64,000 nucleotides of DNA from Podarcis bocagei (taxonomy: Eukaryota). Where the stretch lies: the NCBI GenBank assembly GCA_964188305.1, contig OZ076885.1; one strand, 5' to 3'. Each line of letters opens with the position of its first letter. Position 1 is the stretch's first letter. A model generated the notes under the pieces. It was given only the letters and a program-made list of their open reading frames with translations, made no database searches and was not told where the DNA came from. Positions 50,240-63,334 of this stretch are shown piece after piece. Position numbers and translations under genes: made by a program.

Positions 50240-50424
50240 TATTCAGGGCAAAGAAGCTGGAGAAGTAGTGCCTCTGTATGCACTCTTCAAGTGGCAACAT
50301 ATCTTGGCTTACAGTAATGCTCTTTAGTCAGCCTTCTATATTCTCATTTTAAGTCTTTTGTATCTGTCTTGCATCCTGGGAGCTGTATGATTTTCCCCCC
50401 TGCATACAAATATGATAGTCAGCC

Positions 50425-50586
50425 CATAGGACTAGCTAGCTCAGTGTTGACTACACTGGCTGACAGCAACACTCTGGGGTTTCAGTCAGGGTTCCTGGCC
50501 CACCCAGCTGTACCCAGAGGTGCTGAAGACTGATCCTAAGAGCTTCTTCAGGCAAGGCATATGGTTTACCCCTGAGGTACAGCCAT
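50425..50586 (-). mobile_element. tRNA-Ala-type SINE, degraded
   Basis: Antiparallel to 61510-61708 (ctagctcagtgttgactacactggctgacagc..ctctggggtttcag). Confidence 0.6.
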
Positions 50587-52226
50587 TTTGATTTTCTTCA
50601 ACAGGTTATCTTTTCCATTTCACATTCAATCAAGACTAGGTTACTCACTTTAGAATTTATCCATTCTCCATCTTAACTGGTAATCTTTCATCTTTGATCT
50701 CTGTATATTCACCTTCTTTATGGGACTTTTTCAATCAGTCAGTGACTGAATTCCTTTGGTTTTAATTTGGGCATTTCCCTCTTCCTCTCGTTTCAAATTA
50801 TTCTGTATTTTGAGATGGCACACCTTTTGCAGCTTTTGTGTATTATATACAGGACCCAGTTCTGCAGATGCTGAAGAGGAAAAAATGGTCATTGATAGTA
50901 CTATATCAAGTGTTTTTCACCGTAAGTGCGAATAATTATAATAATTACTCATTGAAGTTACTGCCCAAATTTGGGACAATTTCCAAATGAAAATGCTGTG
51001 TTCCATGTCTACATCAGCTGTTGCTTGGCACTCGCTCTTCTTATTAACACGATATGCAAATTATGTTAATTATACAGTGCTTGCAAATTTTAACAGTATC
51101 CTTTAGCCAATTATTGTCCTAGCCCCTGCCTTAGGCTCTCAGCGTTGGCTCGAGGATGACTTGGATTCAGATGACTCACCAGGTGTCTCACGGGACATAG
51201 GGGCCTTCAGCACCTTCTTCTACCCTGCCCTGCCCTGGAGTCATGGCTTTCTCATCACCCTCAGACTCTCATCCATCTTTTCAAGCTCCAGAGCCACACA
51301 GGAGCATATGACTGCAGAATCAGCTACGGGCTCTTTAAAGATTGCATACAGCTCAGGCAAGGATATGATACTGGGAAGCCCTCTGGCAGCCTTCCTAAAC
51401 CTCTAGATCATGCTGAGACTTTAACCAGCAGGACCTTTTAGGAACTGTCCAGGATCCTGATCCAATCCAATCAGCCTTGCCCTTGACATGAGTTGGATGG
51501 GAAGAGGCTTTGGCAATCACTACCATTTCCCCTGCAGGCCCCAAGCCCCAGCAGAATGGAATAATTGTATATTTCAATGTGATATTCAGCCCTGATCAGG
51601 GTCCTTGAGTACATTCAAAGTGGTGTATCCATCTATCTGCCTAACTGTGAATAGTGCCACCATCAATATGTGCACGAATGCATGGTTGTACTCCATATAT
51701 GACACCTACAGTTATCTGGATATCTCCAGTAGTGAAGCCAGGTAGTCTTTTACTACACAATAACAAGGAAAATCGGAGAGGCTGCTGTTTTTGGCCATTC
51801 ATCTCCATTAACACATAGTTCACACAGTCCTGCCCTTATTCACCAACCTTTCTGACTTCTGAGATTTCACCAAGCATTGGCTGTGCACTTAGGGACAAAC
51901 CATGTAGGTGTGGGTGTGTTTTCTTTTTCTTTTTAAAAAAATAAACAATAGTGATCACAACCCTGGTGCACATGATTCCCTCTGCATTGTGGTCCAAGTG
52001 ACAATCACCATTTGCTCTATTTATGAAGTATGTATGTAATGTACCACCCCTTCATAAAATAGGGAAGTTATCATTGGCACCTTGGGCAAGGTGTGATTTT
52101 TACTGGGATGGTAGCATTGGTGGGTGTTCAACTTCATCTCCCTATGTGCCATGACCTTCATAAGGATTAGGCCCCCAGTTGTGATACACACAGACACACA
52201 CACAGAGGGAGGGAGGGGGAGGGAGG

Positions 52227-52261
<35 letters not shown>

Positions 52262-52555
52262 AGCAAAGCTGCTGTAAATACATTCAAACATTTGACCTGT
52301 TGAGTTCGGTCTTCAAAATTTCAAGATTTTATTTATTTATTTATTTATTTATTTTTTCCACAGTCACAGGGGCTAGAAGCCTGCTTTTCTAAGCCAACAT
52401 CCTTTGCAAGTTGTGCCCTGGTCCCCATTCCACATTCAGCACTTTCCCTGCCCTCCCACAGCTCTGACCTTAGAGATTTCCATTTTGCCCAATAGAACGT
52501 GGCCTGGTTTGCTTGTAGGAGCCTCCTACACTTGCTCCGCCTCGATGTCTAGCAT

Positions 52556-52557
<2 letters not shown>

Positions 52558-52604
<47 letters not shown>
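52558..52604. repeat. (CA)n microsatellite
   Basis: Direct reading. Confidence 0.95.
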
Positions 52605-52607
<3 letters not shown>

Positions 52608-53562
52608 GGTTATATATTGAAAGCCTTGCCACATTGCAGGGAGGCCGACATGTGCTGCTTTCTAGTGCCACAATGTCAGTTTCTAGTTGGAATTCGACAT
52701 GCAGCTACCATGGGCACCTTTGAAACGTATTGATTTATATTCAAATGTACCCAGCATAGCTAAGCATGTGGCCTGAGCTGACAAGCAGCCACACTGAAAT
52801 GTTAAGGCAAACATCAGAGAAGAACAAATTTATTCCCGGTGACATTCCCCCCCCCAACTCTGTTTAATGTTTGAAAAGTCTAGAATTATGAAAAAGTTAT
52901 ATGCTTTCATCATTTTGTACATGATCTCTAGCATAGCATAGCGTTTTCTGGTGCTGCAGTGGTGGTGGGGGATGTAAGTATGATTTCATTTTAATAAATC
53001 TCATGTAATGTTTTGATCTCCAATTCTCATGAATCTGATTACTGGGGGGTTTATTGTAGTTGATTTAACAAATCACTTTGAAAAGACTTATTTTTTAAAA
53101 AAAACCTTGCTTGCCCCCCCCCCGGTGCTACTAGCTGAAAGGAGATCATTATAAAATTGAGGGTGGTAGGTATCTAGGTGTAAATTCTGCAGAAACAAGC
53201 CTTGTAAGATGGTACAATGGTTTAAAATGATCAATGGGGTTTTGCAAAACTGTTATGCTTTGTTCTTCTTTGGAAAGAGCTTTATGAAAGGGAGATGACA
53301 CTGGTGTGCCTACACTAGTCTCAGCCCTTCCGATGACCCTCTTATGCTGTGCTAATTCAGCCATGGCTCTGAGGAATGGGTAAGCTTACTGGGGCTGAGG
53401 TGCCACAGGAATCATTGCATTCTTGCTTGTACCCATAAACATGGCTACTTTCCTGCAGATCCCTTTCACAAGTTGTATCTGTATCTCCAATGGGCATAAA
53501 TCAGGAATATGGTTAGCAAGGCATATGTTCTGATGATCACATGGGGGACTGTTTTACTAACC

Positions 53563-53711
53563 TGTCCCATCAACACCAGGATTCCTGCTAGCACAGTGGG
53601 ACTTTCCCCTCTCTCCTCCACTTGCACCTGGCCCTAGAACAGGCATTGGCGGGAGAGATGAGAGGGAAGAAGTCCTATTGCGCTAGCAGTAACCCTTGTG
53701 CTGATGGGACC
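53563..53711. mobile_element. palindromic MITE remnant
   Basis: gtcccatcaacac..tgctagc..ggactt..ccctctc mirrored by gagaggg..aagtcc..gctagca..gtgctgatgggac. Confidence 0.65.
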
Positions 53712-54644
53712 CTAACTTAATGCTATCAATACAGTCATAGTGTGTGTCGTATGGTTCAGTGCCAACACTGCCTTGCTGTAGATCCAGTGCAGACTCTGGC
53801 ATAATTGTGCCTGCCAATCAGCTGGATATCTCAGCTGAGGCTGCACAATTGCCACTGCACGGGTGCAAAAACCAGAAACTGATTGAACACTAGCACATAG
53901 CTTCCTTTCAGCTGCCATATTGATTTAGGAAAGTATAACTAAGTCACAGTGTCAAGAAAAGTTGCTAGCGTTCTCAACAGCATTGCAGGAAGAAAGTGTG
54001 TTGAATTGCTATATTGCTGCCTGATATTGCCCTGACATGCAAGACTTTAAGGAAAATAAAATAAAAAAACCCACTAGGTTTTCACTAATGCCCGTTGGGG
54101 ATGAGCTGTGAGTGTGATTTGATTGATCTTTATGGGCCCAATAAAAATCAGCCCAACTCTTTGTGCAACTGCCAATTCAATGAAAGCAAATATCAGTTGG
54201 AAGCAATGCCGATCCCTTTTTAAGAAATCTTTTACCAGTTTGAAAGAGAAGAATGGATTGCAGGGCAGACATTGCACCAGCCTTGCCCTTCACTGCACAG
54301 CCCCACCTAACCTAGCATTGTTGGCTCACCTTAAGTTTCGTGTACTACACACCCTGGAACAATTCAGTTGCTGGAGAAATGAAATATTGTGATCTGTTGA
54401 TTAGCAACAGAAGAGGGGAAGAAGGGTTGGAGTCACCATAAGGAAAATATGAAAGGGCCACAATTTAGCACTTAGAGGGAGTAATAATGGCTTTGACTTC
54501 TGTCCTCCACAAATGTAATTCATGTCTAAGGGCAGGGCTGGTCCACCCATGAAGCAAGGTAAGGCAGTGGAGGTAGAACACAGCCATTCAGCATTATGAA
54601 ACAGTATATCAACTGTTTTTGAGAGAGGACCTATTCTTCTAGAG

Positions 54645-55616
54645 CAGAGCTTTCCAAACTGTGTGTCATGACACCTTATTGTGTCGGCTGCAGTGTGTAG
54701 GTGTGTCATGCAAATACTCTTATAAGGGGTTTGTTTAAAGCCTCTCCTCCTTCCAGAGGGGAGAAGTTGTGAGTTGAGTGGGAGCCATTTCCTGCGTTGG
54801 CAGGGGGCATTTCGGCCCCTGCTCAGCTGTCCTGGCTGCTGTGTCATGCCCCCTGGCAGCCAGCCAATCAGGCGGAGGCTCAGGGGCAGGGTTTAGCCAC
54901 TCAAATGCGGCTGTGGCAGCACTTCCCTCTCATTGCGCTGCTGGGTTTCATCAGATCACCCACCCTCCCTCCCTTTAGTTAATTGCTTTGTTCTTGACCT
55001 TGCTATGGACCCGTGGTTGGTCGCCTTGGTTGTCCAAGGGACCTGGTAGGAATTTTTATCCAACTGGCAAATTGGCACCAGCCACTTGGTTTTTTGCCTA
55101 CCTCATAGCAAATCGTCACAACTTTTTAGGTATTGGTGGTTAGGCATTGGAATATGTTTGTGTATTGGAGGGCAGGGTGTGGCCATCGCCTACCCCTCCA
55201 CTTTAAAGGAATCCAGCAGTCGTGGATCCTGTCTGACGCACTTGCTGGTGGCTAGGGCCATAGTACGACCCCCGGTGATATCAGGGGGAGCTTTCAGTTG
55301 TATTTGCATCAACAGGCTCCTCCTACTGGTGGTTAACCCTTGTTAGACTCACCCCTTCCTTAGGGGGTGGAGTCACGCTCTGTTGTTTTATCCAATGCCT
55401 AAGCCAATACCTCTCACATGCTGTAATCAATAAAGTTGTGGCCTTTTTTAGCCCATTAACCTAATATACTGCGTCCATGTGTCTTTCTAATCCTCAAGCA
55501 GGTGGCAGGTCCTCGAATCACAATCTCTGGTTTGCTAGTTAAACCAAATCACTGTGTTGCAAAATGATGCATGTCTAAAAAGTGTGTCACCAACCTGAAA
55601 AGTTTGGAAAGCTCTG
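54645..55616. mobile_element. hAT (Charlie-like) MITE split by the AA-bounded element
   Basis: Perfect 16-bp TIR cagagctttccaaact / agtttggaaagctctg. Flanks ttctagag / ctctagac fit the Charlie NTCTAGAN target preference. Confidence 0.9.
54739..55521 (+). mobile_element. AA-bounded element, copy B
   Basis: See copy A at 45192-45985; AA at 54737-54738 and 55522-55523. Confidence 0.8.
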
Positions 55617-56700
55617 CTCTAGACTATCACAATAGAACACATGGGATTTTACAAGAACACTTTGAGAAATAATGTTGTTTGGATTGTTTTAGATATATTC
55701 ACTTCGTATTAAAAAAAAAATCTTATCGAATTCTTACATTGAAAAAATCAAAATATTCCTAAACACCTGATTTTGCAAGAGGACAAAATCATGGTTACTC
55801 AAAACATTTTACTCACAGAAATCCTCTCTGTATACCCAATTGAAGAGTTGAGAGGAAAAACAGGCAAAGTCCACACTAGAATAGGGGTTGTTGGTTTTTT
55901 TTTTGCCAAGTAATAATCCAAAATATTTGGAGGGCACCAGATTGGCAAAAGCTGGCCTAACAGTTGTGCTGACATCTGTGAGGGTCTTCAAATTAAAGCT
56001 TTTCTTGAAAGCCAGTCCAACAATTTGAACTTGCCTTCCTCTCTTTTTTGGTAGGGAAGAAGTTAAGAAATAAGGCTAGGAAAATCCCCACTGTTTGTGA
56101 TATCTACTATAAAACAGCTCCAGGCAGCAACAGTATCTGTCACCCAAATGCTGAGCAGCTTTGCTGCAGTGACAGTGTATTTCCAGATGCTTTTATTTCT
56201 ATTATTTGGAGAGTGAGATGACCGAGATGAACCCATGAAAACTAATGTGTGGACAATCTTCTTTCATTACCTGGCATCCACTCAGCTCTCTGACATCTAA
56301 GAGACACCGGAAACAATTTTCACATCATATTCACTTAGCAGATGAGATGTAAACTGAGCTCCTTGGCGCATGACCTGGAGGTTACACTGTCTGTCGCTGT
56401 ATAGAGATTTCTAAGGAGCACTTGTGCTGCTGTTGCACAGCTGTTTCGGTTTTGGGTGGTGGTTTTTATTCCGGCTCCTCAGCACAACTGGAAGATACAG
56501 TAAGAAATAAAAGTGGCTTTTGCATCTCTGTGATGCAGATTAAGTGGATAAAGGATGCTAACTTCCCCGGCAGACAAAAAGCTGTGTGGAAAAAGCAATA
56601 GGCATACATTACAGGGCAAAGTGGTCATCAGGCACTCTGCTGGAGCAGCAGAATTGGTAGTGTAGGCCAACTGGAAAGTACAGCAGTATGAATGCTATTG

Positions 56701-57048
56701 CATGCACTCCAACATTTCTCCAATGGAAATAGGGACGTCCTATTCAACAACAACAACAATTTTACTATTTATATCCACCCATCTGACTGGGTTGCCCCAG
56801 CCACTCTGGGTGGCTTCCAACATTTATAAAAACATAATAAAACATTAAACATTAAAAAAAACTTCCCTATGCAGGGCTGCCTTTAGATGGCTCTGGGGGT
56901 CAGATAACTCCATACCCTCTAACATTTCTCTGATGAAAATAGGGATGTCCTAGGGAAAAGCAGGACATTCCGGGATAAAATCAGAAACTGGGATGGCTTC
57001 TGTAAATCTGGGACTGACCCTGGAAAATAGGGGCACTTGGAGGGTCTG
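56701..57048. mobile_element. composite TIR element with captured L2 tail, copy 1
   Basis: Left end present twice (56701 and 56911) around an L2 3' fragment. Right end ttggagggtctg; flanks ctattg/ttattg. Confidence 0.8.
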
Positions 57049-57364
57049 TTATTGTATGTCCACAGACCTGGGGAAAAGAAATTAAAAAACACCCAAATCA
57101 CAGAGGTAAAATGTATGGGTACTCATATAAACTAAGAAGAAAAGCAAATCAGGATACAATTAAGCTTGCAAAATCCCTTTTCAGGTTTTTGCAGAAGAAT
57201 GGCGAAATCCAAGAATCCTTGCCAAAGTTTCCATTATTATTTTGTTTGTGTCAGCAAATAATTAAGCCAGATACCATCCAAAGTCCTTCCTGGGTACTTC
57301 AATAGGATGAAAGTAAACGATCTGTTCTGCTCATCTTTGCAAAATTTGCATACAAAAAGAAGAA

Positions 57365-57518
57365 GGCTAGATAGCTCAGTTGGTTAGCGCGTGGTGCTGC
57401 TACGGCCAAGGTTGCAGGTTCAATCCCTTTATGGGACAGCTGTATAATTCTGCATTGCAGAGGGTTGGACTAGATGATCCTCAGGGACCCTTTCAACCTT
57501 TACAACTATGATTCTAAG
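57365..57518 (+). mobile_element. tRNA-Ile-derived SINE with CR1 tail
   Basis: Head resembles tRNA-Ile(AAU) (tagctcagttggttag.gcgtggtgct...gccaaggt.gc.ggttc.atccc). Tail ctgcattgcagagggttggactagatga..ctatgattct matches the CR1 3' end at 3413-3480. Confidence 0.88.
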
Positions 57519-58761
57519 TAGTAATGCTTCTGCTATAGGGATTGAAAAGTGCAGCTGCCATGTTCTTAAAGTGTCAGGTGAACAGGATCAGTGGGAGGAA
57601 GTGATCCACATGTGGCTGTCCAAAATTTTGTTGCCACACTCTCAGTTGAGTACCACTGATATATTCATCATTAGCAGAAAGTCCCTGGGGTTGCTTGTGG
57701 GCGGGGGATGGGAATCAATGTTTTGAAAAAAGTTGTTAAAATTGGTTCAGTTTTGAACAATTCAGTCCACCATCTTGATTCAAAGTGGCATTGAATCATA
57801 CCCAAACACGGGCTCCTTGCAAAATTTGCTTTCAATGTTGTAAAATGCATAGATAACAGAGAAAGAGACAAGCAATTTTCCAAGCTGTATAGTAGCTTCT
57901 GGCTGTTTGATGTGGCTATGCCTGTCATCAAAAGGTCAGTTAGAATCCAAAACCACGTTACTTATGCAGTCATTGGGATCCTGACAAAAATTGTGTCCCT
58001 GTAGCAACCTCTCCATCACTCTAGTCCTCCTGTAACACTTGGAAGTTCTCATTTTGTAGAGCATCACTATCTCATTTTTAGTCTCCTTGCTTCTGCTTCA
58101 CGTTCCCGGGCAGCTGCCATTGAATCAACATGCTTTTCAGCCCTAGAAGTGAATGCTCATTATTTAAAATGTAAGACTAATTACCTAAGGTTAATCTCAT
58201 ACGACAAATTGGCTGAATTAAGCATTTGATGTTGCATGGATTAATTTGACATGTTACTACCGCTACTATAATTTCATATTTATTTTAGTTTCCAACATCA
58301 GGCACCATGAGCTGCACACATGATTGACCAAGCCAGTGAGAAGTAAATGAGCCAGAAAATGCATACAACTATTTTGCTTGTATCGTGATGCTTTCTGCTC
58401 CATAGGAGTTGTGTCTTCAGGTTAGAATTACCAAAGATGACAGGAGAGGACCAAAACACGTGCTCTGTGCTCCATCTCTGAGGACCAGATGGATCAGCAC
58501 ACATTTTTACAAAAAGCCTTGCAGTGCCCAGTGAACTTTCAACATGGTCTTCTGTTGGAACAATCTCAAGAGTAAGTGCAGTACTAGCTAAGATGTTTAA
58601 GACCTGTTGTTACTATTACTCTGGATTCCTTAATCCAATTGCCTCTTAAAGATCCAGACATATACATTTGATATGAATATATGACTATGAGCTATTGATC
58701 AGACAGTCTCTTTCACATCCCACAATAGACATCCTATGGCATGGTGCAGATTTCCGACATA

Positions 58762-58978
58762 TAGTGGTACCTTGGGTTAAGCACTTAATTCATTCTGGAG
58801 GTCCGTTCTTAACCTGAAACTATTATTAACCTGAGGTACCACTTTAGCTAATGGGGCCTCCCGCTGCCGCCACTACGCGATTTCTGTTCTTATCTTGAAG
58901 CAAAGCTCTTAACCTGAGGTATTATTTCTGGGTAGCGGAGTCTGTAACCTGAAGTGTCTGTAACCCGAGGTACCACTG
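58762..58978. mobile_element. Tc1/mariner (pogo/Tigger-like) MITE, copy 3
   Basis: TIR (t)agtggtaccttgggtta / taacccgaggtaccactg; TA TSD. Confidence 0.92.
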
Positions 58979-59460
58979 TATTATTTCAGTAGAAATTATT
59001 GCCATTGCCATCTGTGAAGCAAACGTATAAAGCTTCCCCTATAGGGGAATATGATCCATTGTTTTAAAAAGAGTAACGTATGCCCTCTTGGATTATCACT
59101 AGGTACGCTTTGCCTTTTGTACAGACACCAAAGACTTATCAGAGTGATTATTTGAATTGCATATCTTCTGCAGCCATTCGGCTGCAAACAAAATATAGGG
59201 GAAAGCCTTGTCCTTCCTTTGCAACTTCAGAACTCTGCTCTCCTAAAACGCAGCATCAGCTGCCTGGCCAGGCATCAGCCTGAGTCTCACCTTGCAGCAG
59301 CCCTCGCCATCTGGGAGATCAGTGCTCTCCTCGCAACAGTGCCTGCAGATGGGGACATTGTGTGCATCTTAGCACCAAGTGCAATGCAAGAAGGATCTCC
59401 TCTCTTATAAAGTTATACATTTGATGGGGTCTCCATTGCTGGATATCCAGAACTGGAATG

Positions 59461-59825
59461 CATACCATCCAACATTTCTCTAATGAAAATAAGGATGTCC
59501 TACTCCATAATAATAATAATTTTATTATTTATACCCTACCAATCTGACCGAGCTACCCCAGCCACTCTGGGCAGCTTCCAACACATATAAAAACATTGCA
59601 AATAAAAAAAAAAACTTCCCTATACAGGGCTTCCTTCATATGTCTTCTAAAGGTTGTCTTCTCCTTGGCTTGGGGGTTGCATAACTCCACATCCTCTAGC
59701 ATTTCTCCAATGAACATAAGGATGTCCTTAGGAAAAGTGGGACATTCCGGGTTCTAATCAGAAACTGGGATGGCTTCTGTAATTCTGGGACTGTCCCTGG
59801 AAAATAGGGAGACATGGAGGATCTG
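59461..59825. mobile_element. composite TIR element with captured L2 tail, copy 2
   Basis: Same architecture as 56701-57048 (second left end at ~59688); gaatg duplicated on both flanks. Confidence 0.8.
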
Positions 59826-61509
59826 GAATGAGCTGTCCAGATTGTCAATTAGCATTTTCTTAGGGGCACAGCGGCCAATAGAATAAAACACTCCAAAACC
59901 AGAAAGGTATGGTTGACAACATGGTGACTTACAGCCACGATGACTATTCATATTTATAGATCTATCACAAGCGCATGACAGTGAGAAAAGAATGGATTCA
60001 AAGCTAGGTGTCTTGAGTCCAACGGTGGCCACTAGGCAATCTCTTTTTCTTCCCCAGCCTATCTGTATTTCAAAGGCTTTGTTCATAACATTTTACAATA
60101 TGTTTAGATAGAAAAACTCAGTTCAAATCAGAGTGTAATATTTTAGCAATTATGCATTTTCTTTCTCAGCATCTAATTGTCCTCCCACCAACTTTTTTTC
60201 TCTTTATTGAAAGTGATTTTTGAAGATTAGGTAACCCCTGAGTCGCTGGGTACAGAGCTGAGTGCACACAGAAAGATGAATGCATACAGCTGGTTCTTTA
60301 GAGACAGGAGTGCTAGATTTAAAGGGCTGTGGGGTGTTTTGAACTGTCTTTGTGTTTCTCTTGCTGTCATTGGCTTTGTACGTTTACCCCAATGCTGTCA
60401 CTGGCTTTATATATTTTCTCATACACATGACCTTCCTCCTCCCCGACCCTCAGTACTAATTTCATAACAGCAACACATACCCAAAACATTGGGAGCTGTG
60501 TCGCTGCTGAAAAGATGCATTTAACAGCCTTCTTAGCGAGTTCATCCAGCAATTTCACAGAGGAAAGCCTGCCTAATAGAATTCCCTGGCCACATTTTCA
60601 AAACACATTCCTTCAGTGGCAGTTTGAAGCATATGTTTTTGATAAATTCTTGCTTCAGAAGCAAAGATTGACAGTAAAACCAAAAGCTTTGATAGTTATA
60701 TAAATCGCTAAGTGGTTGCACTGGAAAGTACATTTCAATTAATATGTCACATTGCATCAAGGGTGGCTTAAGGTTGCTGCTTCCTGGCTCTTTAACAGCA
60801 GCATTCAGATTTACCTTAAATCCCTTATATACAATGCAATTAGCTCCTTGGACCCTTCTCTGAATATAGAATTTAAGATCAATCAGGTTAACTAGATTTG
60901 CCAGGTGGCAACCTGGAGACTCCGCCAGCCCCCACCCACACTTTGCTTCTCCCACTCCTAGAAAGCACAGGTCTGAGCTGTTTTCCATTTGTCTCACCTC
61001 TTTCCCCTGGAAAACCTGCTCTTTACTGCAGAATTGGAGCAAACGTCAATCCATGTAAAACCCAGTTGACATTTGCTCCGATTCAGCAGTAAGGTGGGGG
61101 TTTTCATGGGAGGAATTGGTGGGACGTGCTTGTGGACGAGCTCCAAGTTACACCTAGATTCCTGCTCATTACAGACAGTATAGGCCATGTTCTGGCAAAT
61201 TTAAAGTTCACTTATGTAGGCAAAGCTCTCCTTCCTTCCTTCCTTCCTTCTTGGCACCATGTACATAACACTTCTGAGTACAAGAGGACAGCTCCCTGTC
61301 CTAAGGAGCTTACAGCATAAAATTTGACACAAGAGAAATCATAGTGCCTGGACAGCCAACACATGGCCCTCGAGATGTTGTGAACTGGACTCTAAGGACT
61401 ATCAGCCCTAGATAGCATGGTCAGGAATTGACGTAGAATCCAACCGTATCTGAGCATACCAGGTGGGCCCTCCTACAAGAGAGGGCAGGGGAAGACGTGG
61501 AGGCAGAGG

Positions 61510-61708
61510 TATAGCCATTGTTCAGTGGTGGAGCATCTATTTTGCATACTGAAGGTCCCACGTTCAATTCTCAGCATAGGTAAGGATGGGAATGTCCCCT
61601 CCCTAAAACCCTGCAGAGCTGCTGCCAATCAGTCTCAAAAATACTGGGCTAGATGGACCGATGGTCGATGGTCTCACTCAGCATAAGGTAACTTCCTATG
61701 TTCCTATG
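61510..61708 (+). mobile_element. tRNA-Ala-derived SINE with CR1-type tail
   Basis: Head tcagtggtggagcatctattttgcat..gaaggtcccacgttcaatt; tail ctagatggacc..aacttcctatgttcctatg. Confidence 0.8.
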
Positions 61709-61807
61709 TAAGCAGGGATGCAATATGCAGTTTTTTCAGTCTTCGTTACAGGCTGCATTATAGTAGTGCATAGAAACAAAGGGCTTGAGCCAAAGCCTGC
61801 TCTGAGG

Positions 61808-61950
61808 AACATAATAAGAACAATGCTGGTTCAGGTCAAAGGCCCATCTGGTCCAGCAGCATCTTCTTAAGTCAGCAACTAGAAGCCTATGGGAAGCCTG
61901 TAAGCAGGACTTTCCCAGCTGGTGGTTTTTAAAGATATACTGCCTCTGAC
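61808..61950 (-). mobile_element. CR1 3' UTR fragment
   Basis: aacataataagaacaatgctggttcaggtcaaaggcccatctggtccagca is colinear with 33487-33660. Confidence 0.7.
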
Positions 61951-63278
61951 ACCTATTGGGTTAGCTATAGGAACTTTATTCGTTGTTTTCCCCATTTTCC
62001 CCTGTATTGTTTCCCATGTGTGCAAAAGAAGACTGGGGTGTGCAATTCTGGTCTCAAAAACCATTGGAGGGGAGGGAGACACAGCTTGCCTAGGTTACAC
62101 TGATTAAAACAAAAACAGAAAACAGAGCAAATGAGGGTCTGAGTCACAGATTTGCATTTGCAAGCAAGACGTTTAAGGACTGTTTCCTTCTCCGTGAGCC
62201 TGACAACATTTCCTTCATCATTAGAGGTCCTCCTCTTGGTCCTCACCATGTCTTCCACCTGGGGCTAGGCAGGTGATGACTGAAAAAAGGACCATTTCGA
62301 TCATAGTAATGTTTATATAGAATGACCTGCCCAGAGAGGCTCACCTGCCACCCACATTGTTCTTTTGTAGGCTGGGGTTCCAGCATGTTTTATCATTGGT
62401 TTGAATGCTCTTTATAGCTTTGATGGTTTTTAGTAGTTCTTGCTTCAAATTCTTTGTTATTGCTATTGTTGCTGTTATATCCCCACTTCTCTGAATTTTG
62501 CAGTGCAGTTCTCCAGCAAACTGATAAAGAGCTGAATTTAGGACTGAAAAATGAGAAATTAAGAGACTGACAGATTCAACCATTCTTAACTACAGCTACT
62601 ACTACTACTAACAACAACAACAACCACATTAATAAATGCTTTTATTAACATAAAACAATGATAGGGATAACAACAGTAAATAGTTTCTTTAAAAAAACAC
62701 CCCATAGTAGCAAAGAGATAAATATTTATGAAAGTAACTGTTACTAAAAGATGGAACAAAACTAATTTTTTACTTGGCTAATTTGACCTTAAAAAGAAAA
62801 AGAAGACCACCCCACCTCTCAAAGGAACCTTTGAGAAAGCTCTGCATTCCTCGATATTGATTTTGCTAGTTTCTGAGGGAGCTGGTGACTTCAAAGAAGG
62901 CAAAGAATGGATGTCCTTGAGCAAGAGGGGAGGAAAGACATGTGTCACCCTATGCTATTGTCACCGGCACACGCAGATGACCCAGCACAGACCTTGACAG
63001 ACAGGAATCACGGGTTAATATGTTACTGTTGTTGTTTTCACCAGCCTATCTTTCCCAGCAGGTGTCAGTAATGCTAACACTCATGAGACTCCAGATAAAG
63101 AAAATTGGATAAACCGCAAATGAAGGTGGCCCAAAGGTCACACAGGAGTTGGAATTAGCTGCTTGGGGCTTATCCTGTACACGCAGTCCTTATTTCCCTA
63201 CAGTGTTTCAGAGGACAAATATGCATACTTAAGATTCTCAGACTGGCATTAATGGAGCAACTCTTCAGGACCCTTGTG

Positions 63279-63280
<2 letters not shown>

Positions 63281-63332
<52 letters not shown>
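63281..63332. repeat. (CT)n microsatellite
   Basis: Direct reading. Confidence 0.95.

Positions 63333-63334
<2 letters not shown>

Noticed and set aside
57365-57438. tRNA-Ile gene
   Set aside because: Anticodon arm and acceptor stem are degenerate, and it is fused to a CR1 tail, so it is a SINE head.
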